From Eledone cirrhosa (Eukaryota): a stretch of DNA of 64,000 nucleotides. Where the stretch lies: contig OZ024741.1 in NCBI GenBank assembly GCA_964016885.1, positions 1,054,001 to 1,118,000 on the forward strand. Reading direction: 5' to 3'. A program made the translations under genes and the position numbers. Numbering within the stretch: position 1 is the stretch's first letter; the number at the start of each line of letters is the position of its first letter. Below are positions 43,119-56,109 of the stretch, piece after piece. The notes under the pieces were generated by a model. It was not told where the DNA came from. It saw only the letters and a program-made list of their open reading frames with translations, and searched no databases.

Positions 43119-43119
<1 letters not shown>
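41302..43119 (+). mobile_element. 5'-truncated Nematis-like PLE with inverted pLTRs (~41410-41650 / 42690-43119)
   Basis: ORF 41770-42000 WSVLKRATPY..CRLCSQE..LLNKRQELIISCNH; HHR attt-CTGAAGA..GAAA-cgatcg-TA-aaat at 42903-43030 (+) and 41497-41617 (-). Confidence 0.85.
42720..42900 (+). mobile_element. tRNA-derived SINE inserted in the right pLTR
   Basis: Same family as 28210; absent from the left arm. Confidence 0.9.
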
Positions 43120-43202
<83 letters not shown>

Positions 43203-43206
<4 letters not shown>

Positions 43207-43334
43207 GGAACCAGTAAGACCCCGACAGCTGAGCTCAAGCCGTTTCGACGGCTAATTCTGGACTAATTTTTTAGTCCAGAATTAGCCGTCGAAACGGCTT
43301 GAGCTCAGCTGTCGGGGTCTTACTGGTTCCTATT
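43203..43334. repeat. Perfect ~62-bp-arm palindrome next to (TA)n
   Basis: AATAGGAACC..GGACTAA tttt TTAGTCC..GGTTCCTATT. Confidence 0.92.
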
Positions 43335-43409
43335 ATCCACTCTACTACCTCAAGTATTGAGTACTTTGGTGCGTTATGGTCCACCTGGTTCCTTACCACA
43401 TTTCCTTCG

Positions 43410-43558
<149 letters not shown>

Positions 43559-44062
43559 GGAAAATCTGCTTTGTAGAATCAAAACGTATCTGAGGACATT
43601 GCGATTTTCAGAGTCAGGTTTGATCATCACATCGATCGTGCCTCAAGCTGGTCGTCAGAGAAACGATTGTAATATGTCCAATAAATTCCATTCGCCGCAA
43701 CACTGACTCTCTTTTTTTTTGTGATATCATACTCTACTCTATGAGTGCATCAAGTGCTCAAACGGCCTACCGCATACGGACGGAACCAAGGGCGGAGCCC
43801 CAGCATGGTCTCAGCCGGATGGCTGGAACAGGTAGAAGAGTAAAAGAGTATATATATATATATATATCAAGTAAGTATGTTTTGAAACAGTGAGCAGGTT
43901 TGAAATTAGAAAATAGAATAGCTTTCACCGTATTTTTGACTAAAGGAATTTTACCCTGATAATGGGGTTTAGAACCCTCTGATAAATGGAAAAAGATGAG
44001 TATTGACTCGACTCCAATGTACATCAAAACTCATCTTTTTCCATATACGGTGAAAGCTATTC

Positions 44063-44157
<95 letters not shown>

Positions 44158-47100
44158 TAGTAACACAACAGTTAGTTCACCATACCGAGAACAATTGTTC
44201 TCGGTATAGTGAACTAATTGTTGTGTTACTACTTCTACCAAACTCGTCCCATGGACAGAGTGCTCTACAACTACGGATATTACCTTCCAGTGTTCTACCT
44301 CTCTCTCTATATAGTATTCCACCTGGTTATGGTGGGGCTGATAACGTTGTTAGAACTCAATGTGTCTTTGGAAAGATGGTTGCAGCGAGATTAGGTGGTG
44401 TGACCTGTAGTGTTTTTAGGAGGCGACTACAGCTTAAGGTTTACTCGAACAAGATCGACCCAGGTTACAGAATCATTTATATATATGTGTGTTTGTGTAT
44501 AGAACAATGAAAACAAGACAGAAGTCAGGGGTAGGTAGTTAATTAGTTCATTATTTAATTAACTATCTACCATACATACACACACATATATATATATACT
44601 GTATGTAGGTATGTAGGTATGTATATTTGAGGTCGTAGCCTCTGGTGGAGTCGTAAAGGCGTTTCTTGGGCAGTTGATTTCTTTCAGAGAAAGTAAAAAG
44701 GTGATAGAGACAAAATAAGAAAGGATACAGAGGCAGAATGGACCACAGTATTCCACTGGTACTTTTGGAGTGATGAGGATGGTAACGATGATGATGGTGG
44801 TGGTGATGGTGATAGAGGTGGTGATGAGGGAGTTATAGAGTTTCTAACAGAGGAGTTATAGAGGTTCTAACAGGGAGTTAAAGAGGTTCTAACAGGCGAG
44901 TTATAGAGGTTCTAGCAGGGGAGTTATAGAGGTTCTCACAGGGGTTTTTATAGAGGTTCTAACAGGGGTTTTTATAGAGGTTCTAGCAGGGTGCTATAGA
45001 GGTTCTAACAGGTTAGGGGAGTTATAGAGGTACTAACAGGGGAGTTATAGAGGTTCGAAAAGGGGAGTTATAGAGGTTCTAACAGGGAGTTATAGAGGTA
45101 ATAACAGGGAGTTATAGAGGTTCTAACAGGGGCGTTATAGAGCTTCTAACAGGTTAATGGTGTTATAGAGGTTCTAATGGGAATTATAGATATTCTAACA
45201 GGGAGTTATAGAGGTTCTAACAGGTTAAGGGAGTTATAGAGGTTCAAACAGGTTAAGAAGTTATAGAGGTTCTAACACGGGAGTTATAGAGGTTCTAACA
45301 GGGAGTTATAGAGGTACTAACAGGGAGTTATAGAGGTTCTAACATGGAGTTGTAGAGGTCCTAACAGGGGAGTTATAGAGGTTCTAACAGGGAGTTATAG
45401 AGGTTCTAACAGGGGATTTATAGAGGTTCTAACATGGAGTTATAGATGTTCTCACAGGGAGTTAGAGAGGTTCTAACAGGGGTTTTTATAGAGGTTCTAA
45501 CAGGTTAAGGGAGTTATAGAGGTTATAATATGGGAGTTATAGAGGTACTAACAGGTTAAGGGAGTTATAGAGGTTCTAACAAGGGTGTTATAGAGCTTCT
45601 AACAGGTTAAGGGTGTTATAGAGGTTCTAACAGGTTAAGGGAGATATAGAGGTTCTAACAGGTTAAGGGAGTTATAGAGGTTCTAATAGGGAGTTATAGC
45701 GGTTCTAACAGGGAGTTATAGAGGTTCTAATGGGAATTATAGATGTTCTAACAGGGAGTTATAGAGGTTCTAACAGGTTAAGAGAGTTATAGACATTTTA
45801 ACACGGGAGTTATAGAGGTTTTAACAGGGTGTTATAGAGGTACTAACAAGGAGTTATAAAGGTTCTCACAGGGAGTTATAGAGGTTCTAACAGGGAGTTT
45901 TAAAGGTTCTAACAGGGGAGTTATAGAGGTTCTAACAGGGAGTTATAGATGTTCTCACAGGGAGTTAGAGAGGTTCTAACAGGGGTTTTTATAGAGGTTC
46001 TAACAGGTTAAGGGAGTTATAGAGGTTATGATATGGGAGTTATAGAGGTACTAACAGGGAGTAATAGAGGTACTAACAGGTTAAGGGAGTTATAGATTTC
46101 TAACAGATAGTTATAAATGTTCTAACAGGTTAAGGGAGTTATAGAGGTTCTAACAGGGTCGTTATAGAGCTTCTAACAGGTTAAGGGTGTTATAGAGGTT
46201 CTAACAGGTTAAGGGAGTCATAGAGGTTCTAACAGGTTAAGGGAGTTATAGAGGTTCTAATAGGGAGTTATAGCGGTTCTAACAGGCGAGGTATAGAGGA
46301 TCTAACAGGTTAAGTGAGTTATAGAGGTTCTAAAAGGGAGTTATAGAGGTTCTAATGGGAATTATAGATGTTCTAACAGGATAAGAGAGTTATAGAGGTT
46401 CTAACACGGGAGTTATAGAGGTTCTAACAGGCTTTTATACAGGTTTTAATGGGAGTTATAGAGGTAATAACAGGGAGTCATAGAGGTTCTAACAGGGGCG
46501 TTATAGAGCTTCTAACAGGTTAAGGGTGTTATAGAGATTCTAATGGGAAATATAGAGGTTCTAACAGGGAGTTATAGAGTTTCTAACAGGTTGGTTCTAA
46601 CAGGGAGTTATAGAGGTCCTAACAGGGGAGTTATAGAGGTTCTAACAGGGAGTTATAGAGGTAATAACAGGGAGTTATAGAGGTTCTAACAGATAGTTAT
46701 AAATGTTCTAACAGGTTAAGGGATTTATAGAGGTTCTAACATGGAGTTATAGATGTTCTCACAGGGAGTTAGAGAGGTTCTAACGGCTTTTTATAGAGGT
46801 TCTAGCAGGGTGCTATAGAGGTTCTAACAGGTTAGGGGAGTTATAGAGGTACTAACATGGAGTTATAGAGGTACTAACAGGGGAGTTAAAGAGGTTCGAA
46901 CAGGGGAGTTATAGAGGCTCTAACAGGGAGTTATAGAGGTAATAACAGGGAGTTATAGAGGTTCTAACAGGGGCGTTATAGAGCTTCTAACAGGTTAAGG
47001 GTGTTATAGAGGTTCTAATGGGAATTATAGATGTTCTAACAGGGAGTTATAGAGGTTGTAACAGGTTAAGGGAGTTATAGAGGTTCTAACAGGTTAAGAG

Positions 47101-47440
47101 AGTTATAGAGGTTCTAACACGGGAGTTATAGAGGTTCTAACAGGGGAGTTATAGAGGTTCTAACAGGGGAGTTATAGAGGTTCTAACATGGAGTTATAGA
47201 GGTCCTAACAGGGGAGTTATAGAGGTTCTAACAGGGAGTTATAGAGGTAATAACAGGGAGTTATAGAGGATCTAACAGGGGCGTTATAGAGCTTCTAACA
47301 GGTTAAGGGTGTTATAGAGGTTCTAACAGGTTAAGGGAGATATAGAGGTTCTAACAGGTTAAGGGAGATATAGAGGTTCTAACAGGTTAAGGGAGTTATA
47401 GAGGTTCTAACAGGGAGTTATAGAATTTCTAATGGGAATT

Positions 47441-48165
47441 ATAATAATAATAATAATAATGAAATTATTGTGTACAGTGCTCAGGTGCACTACAACTCAT
47501 CAAAGATGCATGTATAGTACATAGGGCAATGCACAAACATCAGTAAAATGAACAGTGCACGAGTCATGATACACACATGTGTGCATGTGTATGGAAGGGG
47601 TACATCAGGTGTAGTTTGGGCGTATTTCGGGAAGCATGCGTGTCTTAAAGGATGCAGTGTCTCGGCAACTAACAATTGACGCAGGCAGTTTGTTCCATGC
47701 TTCAGCAACTCTGAGCGTGAAAAAATGTCTACGAAAGTCATGGGAGCTGTGCTGTTTTCTGATCTTGTAGGCATGTCCACGTGTGTTAGACACATGGAGA
47801 TCAAAAAGGTGCTCAGGGTTGCAATTGGCGAGATGGTTAATAACTTTGTGGGTATTCACCAAGTCCATTGCCAGACGTCGGAGCTTCAATGAATCCATGC
47901 CCAGGGAAGCAAGGCGTTCAGAGTATGGTAGGTGTCTGATGGAGGGTATGCGCTTGGTTGCACGTCTCTGAACAGTTTCCAGGAGGTCAATGTTCTGAGC
48001 AAGATAGGGGTTCCAGACTGATGATGCGAATTCCAACTGTGGTCGTACCATAGCTGTATACAGTTTTAAATAGATGGTTGGAGTGCGGCTAACAAAGGTC
48101 TTGCTGAGTGATGCCAAGACACCCTCAGCCTTCTTGACAATCTTAGAGACATGCTTTGTCCAACG
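47441..48165 (-). mobile_element. CR1-clade LINE 3' fragment with (ATT)n tail
   Basis: ORF 47605-48117: VRPQLEFASSVWNPY, VQRRATK, YSERL, TRGH, FFTLRV..WNKLP. Confidence 0.92.
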
Positions 48166-51100
48166 GAGTTATAGAGGTTCAAGAGAGAGTTATAGACGTT
48201 TTAATGGGAATTATAGATGTTCTAACAGGGAGTTATATAGGTTCTAACAGGTTAAGGGAGTTATATTGGTTCTAACAGGGGAGTTATAGAGGTTCTAACA
48301 GGGAGTTAGAGAGTTTGTAACAGGTTAAGGGAGATATAGAGGTTCTAACAAGTTAAGAGAGTTATAGACGTTCTAACACGGGAGTTATAGAGGTTTTAAC
48401 AGGGTGTTATAGAGGTACTAACAGGCGAGTTATAGAGGTTCTAACATGGAGTTATAGAGGTACTAACAGGGGAGCTATAGAGGTTCTAACAGGGAGATAT
48501 AGAGGTACTAACAGGCAGTTATAGAGGTTCGAACAGGGGAGTTATAGAGGTTCTAACAAGGAGTTATAGAGGTACTAACAGACAGTTATAGAGGTTCGAA
48601 CAGGTTAAGGGAGATATAGAGGTACTAACAGGGAGTTATAGAGGTACTAACAGGTTAAGGGAGTTATAGATTTCTAACAGATAGTTATAAATGTTCTAAC
48701 AGGTTAAGGGAGTTATATTGGTTCTAACAGGGGAGTTATATTGGTTCTAACAGGGAGTTATAGAGGTTCAAACAGGTTAAGAGAGTTATAGAGGTTCTAA
48801 CACGGGAGTTATAGAGGTTCTAACAGGGAAGATATAGAGGTTCTAACAAAGAGTTTTAGAGGTTCTAACAGGGAGTTATAGATTTCTAACATATAGATAT
48901 AAATGTTCTAACAGGTTAAGGGAGTTATAGAGGTTCTAACAGGGTTTTTTATAGAGGTTCTAGTAGGGTGCTATAGAGGTTCTAACAGGTTAAGGGAGTT
49001 TTAGAGGTTCTAACAGGGGAGTTATAGAGGTTCTAACAGGGAGTTATAGAGGTACTAACAGGGAGTTATACAGTTTCTAACAGGTTAAGGGAGTCATAAA
49101 GGTTCTAAGAGGTTAAGGTAGTTATAGAGTTCTAATAGGGAGTAATAGCGGTTCTAACAAGTTAAGGGAGTTATAGACGTTCTAACAGGTTAAGAGAATT
49201 ATAGAGGTTCTAACACGGGAGTTATAGAGGTTCTAACAGGGTGTTATACAGGTTTTAATGGGAGTTATAGAGGTTCTAACAGGGAAGATATACAGGTTTT
49301 AACAAGGAGTTTTAGAGGTTCTAACAGGGAGTTATAGAGGGAGCTATAGAGGTTATAACAAGGAGTTATAGAAGTTCTAACAGGGAGTTACAGAGGTTCT
49401 AACAGGTTAAGGGAGTTATAGAAGTTCTAACAGGGGAGTTATTGAGGTTCTATCAGGGAGTTATAGAGGTTCTAACAGGTTAAGGGAGATATAGAGGTTC
49501 TAACAGGGGAGTTATCGATGTACTAACAGGGATTTATAGAGGTTCTAACAGGGAGTTATAATGGTTCTAACAGGGAGTTATAGGGTTTCTAACAGATTAA
49601 AAGAGTTATAGAGCTTCAAACAGGGAGTTATAGAGGTTCTAACAGGGGAGTTATAGTGTTTCAAACTGCGAGTTATAGAGGTTCTAACAGGGAGTTATAG
49701 AGGTTCTAACAGGGGAGTAATAGAGGTTCTAATAGGGAGTTATAGAGGTTCTAACGGGATGTTATAGAGGTTCTAATGGGGGAGTTTGCGACGTTCTAAC
49801 AGATTAAGGGTGTTATAGAGTTTCTAACAGGGAAGTTATATAGGTTCTAACATGTTAATGGAAATATAGAGGTTCTAACAGGGGAGTTATCGAGGTACTT
49901 ACAGTGAGTCATAGAGGTTCTAACAGGGGAGTTCTAACAAGTTAACAGAGACATAAAGGTTCTCATAGAGAGTTATAGAGGTCTAAACAGGGAGTTATAG
50001 AGGTTGTAACATTGAGTTATAGAGGTTCCAACAGGGAGTTATAGATGTTCTAAAAGGGAGTTATAGAGGCTGTAATAGGGGAGTTATAGAGGTTCTAACA
50101 TGGCAGTTATAGAGGTTCTAACAGGGGAGTAATAGAAGTACTAACAGGGAGTTATAGAGGTTCTAACAGGGGAGTTATAGATGTACTAACAGGGAATTAT
50201 ATATGTTCTAACAGGTTAAGGGAGTTATAGAGGGTCTAACATGGAGTTATAGAGGTTCTCACAGGGAGTTATAGAGGTTCTAACAGAGGAATAATAGAGG
50301 TTTTAACAGGGAGTTATAGAGGTTCTAATAGGTTAAGGGAGTTATAGATGTTCTACCAGTTTAAGAGAGCTGTAGAGGTTCTAACAGGGGAGTTATAGAC
50401 GTTCTAACAGGGGAGTTATAGAGGTTCTAACGGTGTGTTATAGAGGTTCTAACGAGGGAGTTAGTGACGTTGTAACAGATTAAGGAAGTTATAGAGGTTC
50501 TAACAGGGGAGTTATAGAAGTTCTAACAGGGGAGTTATAGAGGTTCTAACAAGTTAACAGAGACATAAAGGTTCTCATAGAGAGTTATAGAGGTCCTAAC
50601 AGGGAGTTATAGAGGTTGTAACATTGAGTTATAGAGGTTCCAACAGGGAGTTATAGATGTTCTAAAAGGGAGTTATAGAGGCTGTAATAGGGGAGTTATA
50701 GAGGTTCTAACATGGCACTTATAGAGGTTCTAACAGGGGAGTAATAGAAGTACTAACAGGGAGTTATAGAGGTTCTAACAGGGGAGTTATAGATGTACTA
50801 ACAGGGAATTATATATGTTCTAACAGGTTAAGGGAGTTATAGAGGGTCTAACAGGGGAATAATAGAGGTTTTAACAGGGAGTTATAGAGGTTCTAATAGG
50901 TTAAGGGAGTTATAGATGTTCTACCAGTTTAAGAGAGCTGTAGAGGTTCTAACAGGGGAGTTATAGACGTTCTAACAGGGGAGTTATAGAGGTTCTAACG
51001 GTGTGTTATAGAGGTTCTAACGAGGGAGTTAGTGACGTTGTAACAGATTAAGGAAGTTATAGAGGTTCTAACAGAGAAGTTATATAGGTTCTAACGGGTT

Positions 51101-52278
51101 AAGAGAGTTATAGAGGTTTTAACAGGGGAGTTATAGAAGTTCTAACAGGGAGTTACAGAGCTTTTAATGGGAGCTATAGAGGTTATAACAGGGGAGTTAT
51201 TGAGGTTCTTACAGCGAGTTATAGATATTCTAACAGGTTAAGGGAGTTATAGAGTTTAAAACAGGGGAGTTATAGAGCTTCTAACAGGTTAAGGGAGTGA
51301 TAGAGGTTCTAACAGGGAGTTATAGAGGTTATAATTGGAATTATAGAGGTTCTAACAGGTTATGGGAGTTATAGAGATTCTAACAGGGAGTTATAAAGGT
51401 TCCAACAGGGGAGTTATAGAGGTTCTAACAAGGAAGTTATAGACATTCTAAGAATTAGTTTTAGAGGTTCTAACAGGGAGTTATAGAGGTTTAACTGGGG
51501 AGTTATAGAGGTTCTAACAAGTTAATGGAGACATAGAGGTTCTCATAGGGATTTATAGAGGTCCTAACAGGGCAGTTATAGAGGCCCCAACAGGGAGTTA
51601 TAGAGGTTGTAACATGGAGTTATAGAGGTTCCTACAGGGAGTTATAGAGGTTGTAACAGGGAAATTATAGAAGTTCTAACAGGTTAAGGGAGTTATAGAG
51701 GTTCTAACAGGGGAGTAATAGAGGTACTAACATGGAGTTATAGAGGTTCTAACAGGGGAGTTCTAGATGTACTAACAAGGAGTTATAGAGGTTCTAACAG
51801 GGAGTTATAGAGGGTCTAACAGGGAGATATAGAGGTTCTATCAGGGAGGTATAGAGGTTCTAACATGGAGTTATAGAGGTTCTAACATGGATTTAGAGAG
51901 GTTCTAACAGGGGAGTTATATTGTTTCAAACTGGGAGTTATAGAGGTTCTAACAGGGAGTTATAGAGGTTCTAACAGATTAAGGGAGTCATGGAGGTTCT
52001 AACAGGTTAAGGGAGTTATAGAGGTTCTAACAGGTTAAGAGAGTTATAGAGGTTCTAACATGGGAGTTATAGAGGTTCTAACAGGGAGTTATAGAGGTTT
52101 TCATGGGAGCTATAGAGGTTCTAACAGGGAAGTTATAGAGGTTCTAACAAGGAGTTTTAGAGGTTTTAAAAGGGAGTTATAGAGGTCCTAACAGGGAGTT
52201 ATAGAGGTTCTAACAGGGGCGTTATAGAGCTTCTAACAGGTTAAGGGTGTTATAGAGGTTGTTATAGGTTAAGGGAGT

Positions 52279-54815
52279 TGTAGTGACCTACATGCCGCGG
52301 GCTCACATACATTCTCTGTGCGTGATTTGGCTCAGCTCAGCCAATCAGCGCCAGTAGAAGAGGATGTATCCCTACGCGTCCTGATGGAGAAATTACCCGT
52401 GAAGATTTGAAGAATCTCTCTCTCGCACCAGGAACTTCGAACCAGCAACACGTACATGTGACGGTGAGATTTTGCACCTTAGCCTGCCGGCTTTCCAGCG
52501 CAATGGCACATTCCCTTTTGTAACCTTATTTTTATGTGTAACTTCAACCAGACAACTTAACCAACATTATTTGTGCTACAACAAAAATAAACATACATTT
52601 CATATCTAATTTATGCTGTTGACGTCATTATTATGTTACTCGTGTCTCAATAACATTTATAATCCATGCTGCTAAATTGGTGACCGACGTAAGAATTTTA
52701 CGTAGCCTTTTTATTCAGTTGAACTTTACTGTTATAACCACACTGGTGACCTGACGTGAGGAATATTGTAAATACAAAATATTCCTTTTAAAATTTTTTA
52801 AAAATTAGCAGTATTTCAAAAAGTTTTCGCCACGAGGTAATTTCAAAATGGCTACCGACAAGTTCTGTCTACAATCAACAACAACAACAGAAGCAGCAGC
52901 AGCGACAACATTGTTTAACCACTAACCAACAACAGGGAATAGTGATATGGAAGCTTCATAGCCTTACCGACGCAACCACCACACATCATATTGTTTACTT
53001 CTATGCTTTCACATGTATTTTCAAAATTATTGCCCGGAGACATTTTTCTTTTCTTTCGATACGGCTTCCTGCAATACAAACAAGCAACACAACCTTATGT
53101 CACACAAGGTGGCAGGACGGTAAAATGGCCACGAAAACTCTCAAAAACAATATACATCTAACCCCTAGTGGCATTAACAAACTTCTTTTTCAGTTTTCAG
53201 ATAGAACTAGTGTCAGAAAGTCTGTACACTGGTGATGTGTGAACTATTTGACTTTGAAAAATTTGAACTTATCATTGAGCATTAATTTCTCTGCTCCCTT
53301 ATATTGATTTTGAATTATCAGTTTGTTACATTCACATATTTCTTTGTAAAATGCATTTACTTGATTTGTGCTCGTTTGCTATTTGTTGCTCATGGTTTTT
53401 GTTCATTCACATTCTTTGCTGTTTTACATGCCTGCATATGCACACATTTCTTCGTCACACACCAACATGTTGTTCTTAGTATATGTTCTTCAAACGTAAT
53501 ATTCTGCGAGATCGCTTTTCACCTGGTTGAGGTGCTGTCACATGCTAGCGACTCATAGAGCTTAATTCACCTGGATTCAAACAGGCACCGCAACATGAGA
53601 ATGCTAATTGCAGCTGAACTCAAACAGTTTCGCATCTCGTTGCACACTAATCGTCCATAACAACCTCCATTTTGTTATCTTACCCGACTCGCTGGGAAAA
53701 CAACAAATGGAGCTGGACTTGTCAGCAATTCCACCACTTCTGTGGATTCGCCCGAATTATGGAATTTACACTGCAACCCACCTACAGATTCAGCTTGCTT
53801 TTTTTCTTTTCAAAGCAACCAGCCATTTTTTCCTGGCTCCCTAGCACATTCGGCAATACATCTGGGAGGCCAACATTTTCTCGCCTACCCATCATCTTCT
53901 TGCCAGCACTGGTAAACTACCATAATAGCTTCATCCACAGCTACTGGTACAACACTTACCATTAACATTTAATGCAAGAACAGCAACTTCGCTCATGTCA
54001 GACTTTATCCGTTTTCTGTTAGACCTTTGGTGGTCACGTATAAACTACAAAACAGCTAGTCATTTGACACAGCGGCTCAACACGGCCCTTAGCGCCTCAT
54101 TTTTTTTCTTGCATGCATCCTTCTGCTCAATTATTTTTTCACTGATGTGCTCTTTCAGCATTTGTTCTTGCTGATTCAATAATCTGTATCGACTTCCGTC
54201 TAGGAGGGGAGTATTGTAGTGACCTACATGCCGCGGGCTCACATACATTCTCTGTGCGTGATTTGGCTCAGCTCAGCCAATCAGCGCCAGTAGAAGAGAA
54301 TGTATCCCTATGCGTCCTGAGGGGGAAATTACCCGCGAAGATTTGAAGAATCTCTCTCTCGCACCAGGAACTTCGAACCAGCAACACGTACATGTGACGG
54401 TGAGATTTTGCACCTTAGCCTGCCGGCTTTCCGGCGCAATGGCACGTTCCCTTTTGTAACCTCATTTTTATGTGTAACTGCAACCATACAAGTTAACCAA
54501 CATTATTTGTGCTACAACTAAGCGGTGGATTGGCAGTATCGGTAGAGGGTCGGACGCCATGTTTTCCAGCATAGTTATGTCCCTTTACGATCTGAGTTCA
54601 AATCCCGCCGAGGTTGACTTTGCCTTTCATTCTTACGGGGTTGATAAAATAAAGTACCAGTAATGTACTGGATAATTGCTGGCCTTGTGCCAAAGGTAGA
54701 AACAATTATTTGTGCTACAACAAAAATAAACATACATTTCATCTCTAATTTCTGCTGTTGACATCATTATTATGTTACTCGTGTCTCAATAACATTTATA
54801 ATCCATGCTGCTAAA
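52279..54815 (+). mobile_element. Non-autonomous LTR retroelement (LTRs 52279-52676 and 54215-54815)
   Basis: Direct repeats TGTAGTG..GCTAAA; PBS TGGTGACCGACGT; PPT AGGAGGGGAGTA; flanks GAGT/GATT; no coding capacity recognised. Confidence 0.9.
54519..54710 (+). mobile_element. tRNA-derived SINE in the 3' LTR with 17-bp TSD
   Basis: TSD ATTATTTGTGCTACAAC at 54502-54518 and 54705-54721; empty site in the 5' LTR. Confidence 0.93.
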
Positions 54816-55341
54816 GATTTATAGAGAGGTTCTAACAGGGGAGTTATAGAGGTTCTAACAGGTTAAGGTAGTTATAGAGGTTCTAACAGGGGGTTATAAA
54901 GGTTCCAACAGGGGAGTTATAGAGGTTCTAACAAGGAAGTTATCGACGTTCTAATAAGGAGTTTTCGAGGTTCTAACAGGTTAAGAGTATTATTGAGGTT
55001 CTTGTGGGTATGGTGTGGCGTGCGGGGGGTGTGTGTGTGTGTGTGGGGGGGGGTTTGAGTGCTCGACCGGAAGGGGCCTTTGACCGGAAGGATGCTCGGC
55101 CGGAAGGGCCAGGAGAGGGCCTCTCTCTAGTGGTGACCAGCATACGGTGAGGACGCGTTATGGGCAGCTCCTGGTGTTAAGCAGTCGGACGCACGTGGAA
55201 GAGGAGTACCTGTAGCGGAATTTATCGGCGCCTGTGAAAAGCTGTAAGTGAGATAGCTTTTTCTAACCACAAGCTATTTCGGCGACTGATGAAAAAAAAA
55301 AAAAAAAAAAAGAAAACACTTGCCGCAAAACAAATCAGAAG

Positions 55342-56103
55342 ATGGCGACAAGACTACGGATGAACGAAGCTATCAGGCCATTCACCGGGGAAGGTGATGT
55401 TGTCGCTTGGCTGCGGAAGGTTCGGCTGGTCGCGAGCTTGCAGAAGATAGAAGACGTGGCCGGTCTTATTGCATTGTACCTCGAGGGCGACGCGTTGGTA
55501 CTCTTCCTTGAGTTGGACGAGCACAGCCAAAGAGATGTGCAGAAGATTGAGAGGCGTCTGATGGATGCATTCGCCGAGGGACCGTTGGCGGCTTTTGCTA
55601 AGCTGGCGAGAATCAGGTGGAATGGTGAGCGCGTCGACATTTTCGCAGCGGAAATAAGGCGGTTGGCTATGTTGGCGGGTTACCAGGCGGAATGCGAACG
55701 CACGGTGCGGTTGGCATTCATCAATGGATTTCCAGACGACATAGCGGTGAAACTGCAGCAAGTGCCGGAGTACAAGGAGATGGAAATGCGTTCACTGGTG
55801 GAACAAGCCCGGATCATAGCGGAAGATGCCAAAAAGAGTGTCGCGGCGATAGCGACTACGGAGGCTCAGGACACCTGGCAGCGAAATGGTCAAAGGGAGG
55901 CAACCTCGGCACGCGGTCGTTCGCGAGAATTTAGGGGCCGCTGTTTTAGGTGTCACGGCCCGCATATGGCTAGAGACTGTAGAGAGTCGAAGCCGGACAT
56001 AATTTGCTACCGGTGTAAGCGACCAGGCCACATTGCTGCTAACTGCGACCAGGGAAACGGTCCAAGGGGAACTACTGCGCCGGTAGTTGCCCCTTACGAG
56101 TAG
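55342..56103 (+). CDS. gag: Gag with two CCHC zinc knuckles
   Basis: CFRCHGPHMARDC and CYRCKRPGHIAANC. Confidence 0.93.
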   Translation: MATRLRMNEAIRPFTGEGDVVAWLRKVRLVASLQKIEDVAGLIALYLEGDALVLFLELDEHSQRDVQKIERRLMDAFAEGPLAAFAKLARIRWNGERVDIFAAEIRRLAMLAGYQAECERTVRLAFINGFPDDIAVKLQQVPEYKEMEMRSLVEQARIIAEDAKKSVAAIATTEAQDTWQRNGQREATSARGRSREFRGRCFRCHGPHMARDCRESKPDIICYRCKRPGHIAANCDQGNGPRGTTAPVVAPYE

Positions 56104-56109
56104 CGGCGC
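56052..56109 (+). promoter_or_regulatory. -1 programmed ribosomal frameshift signal (G GGA AAC plus H-type pseudoknot)
   Basis: Heptamer is in the gag frame; the -1 frame is open into pol; stem 1 GGGGAACTAC/GTAGTT(G)CCCC, stem 2 GCGCCG/CGGCGC. Confidence 0.85.

Noticed and set aside
52942-54248. Short ORFs in the LTR element interior
   Set aside because: All under 100 aa with no gag or pol motifs
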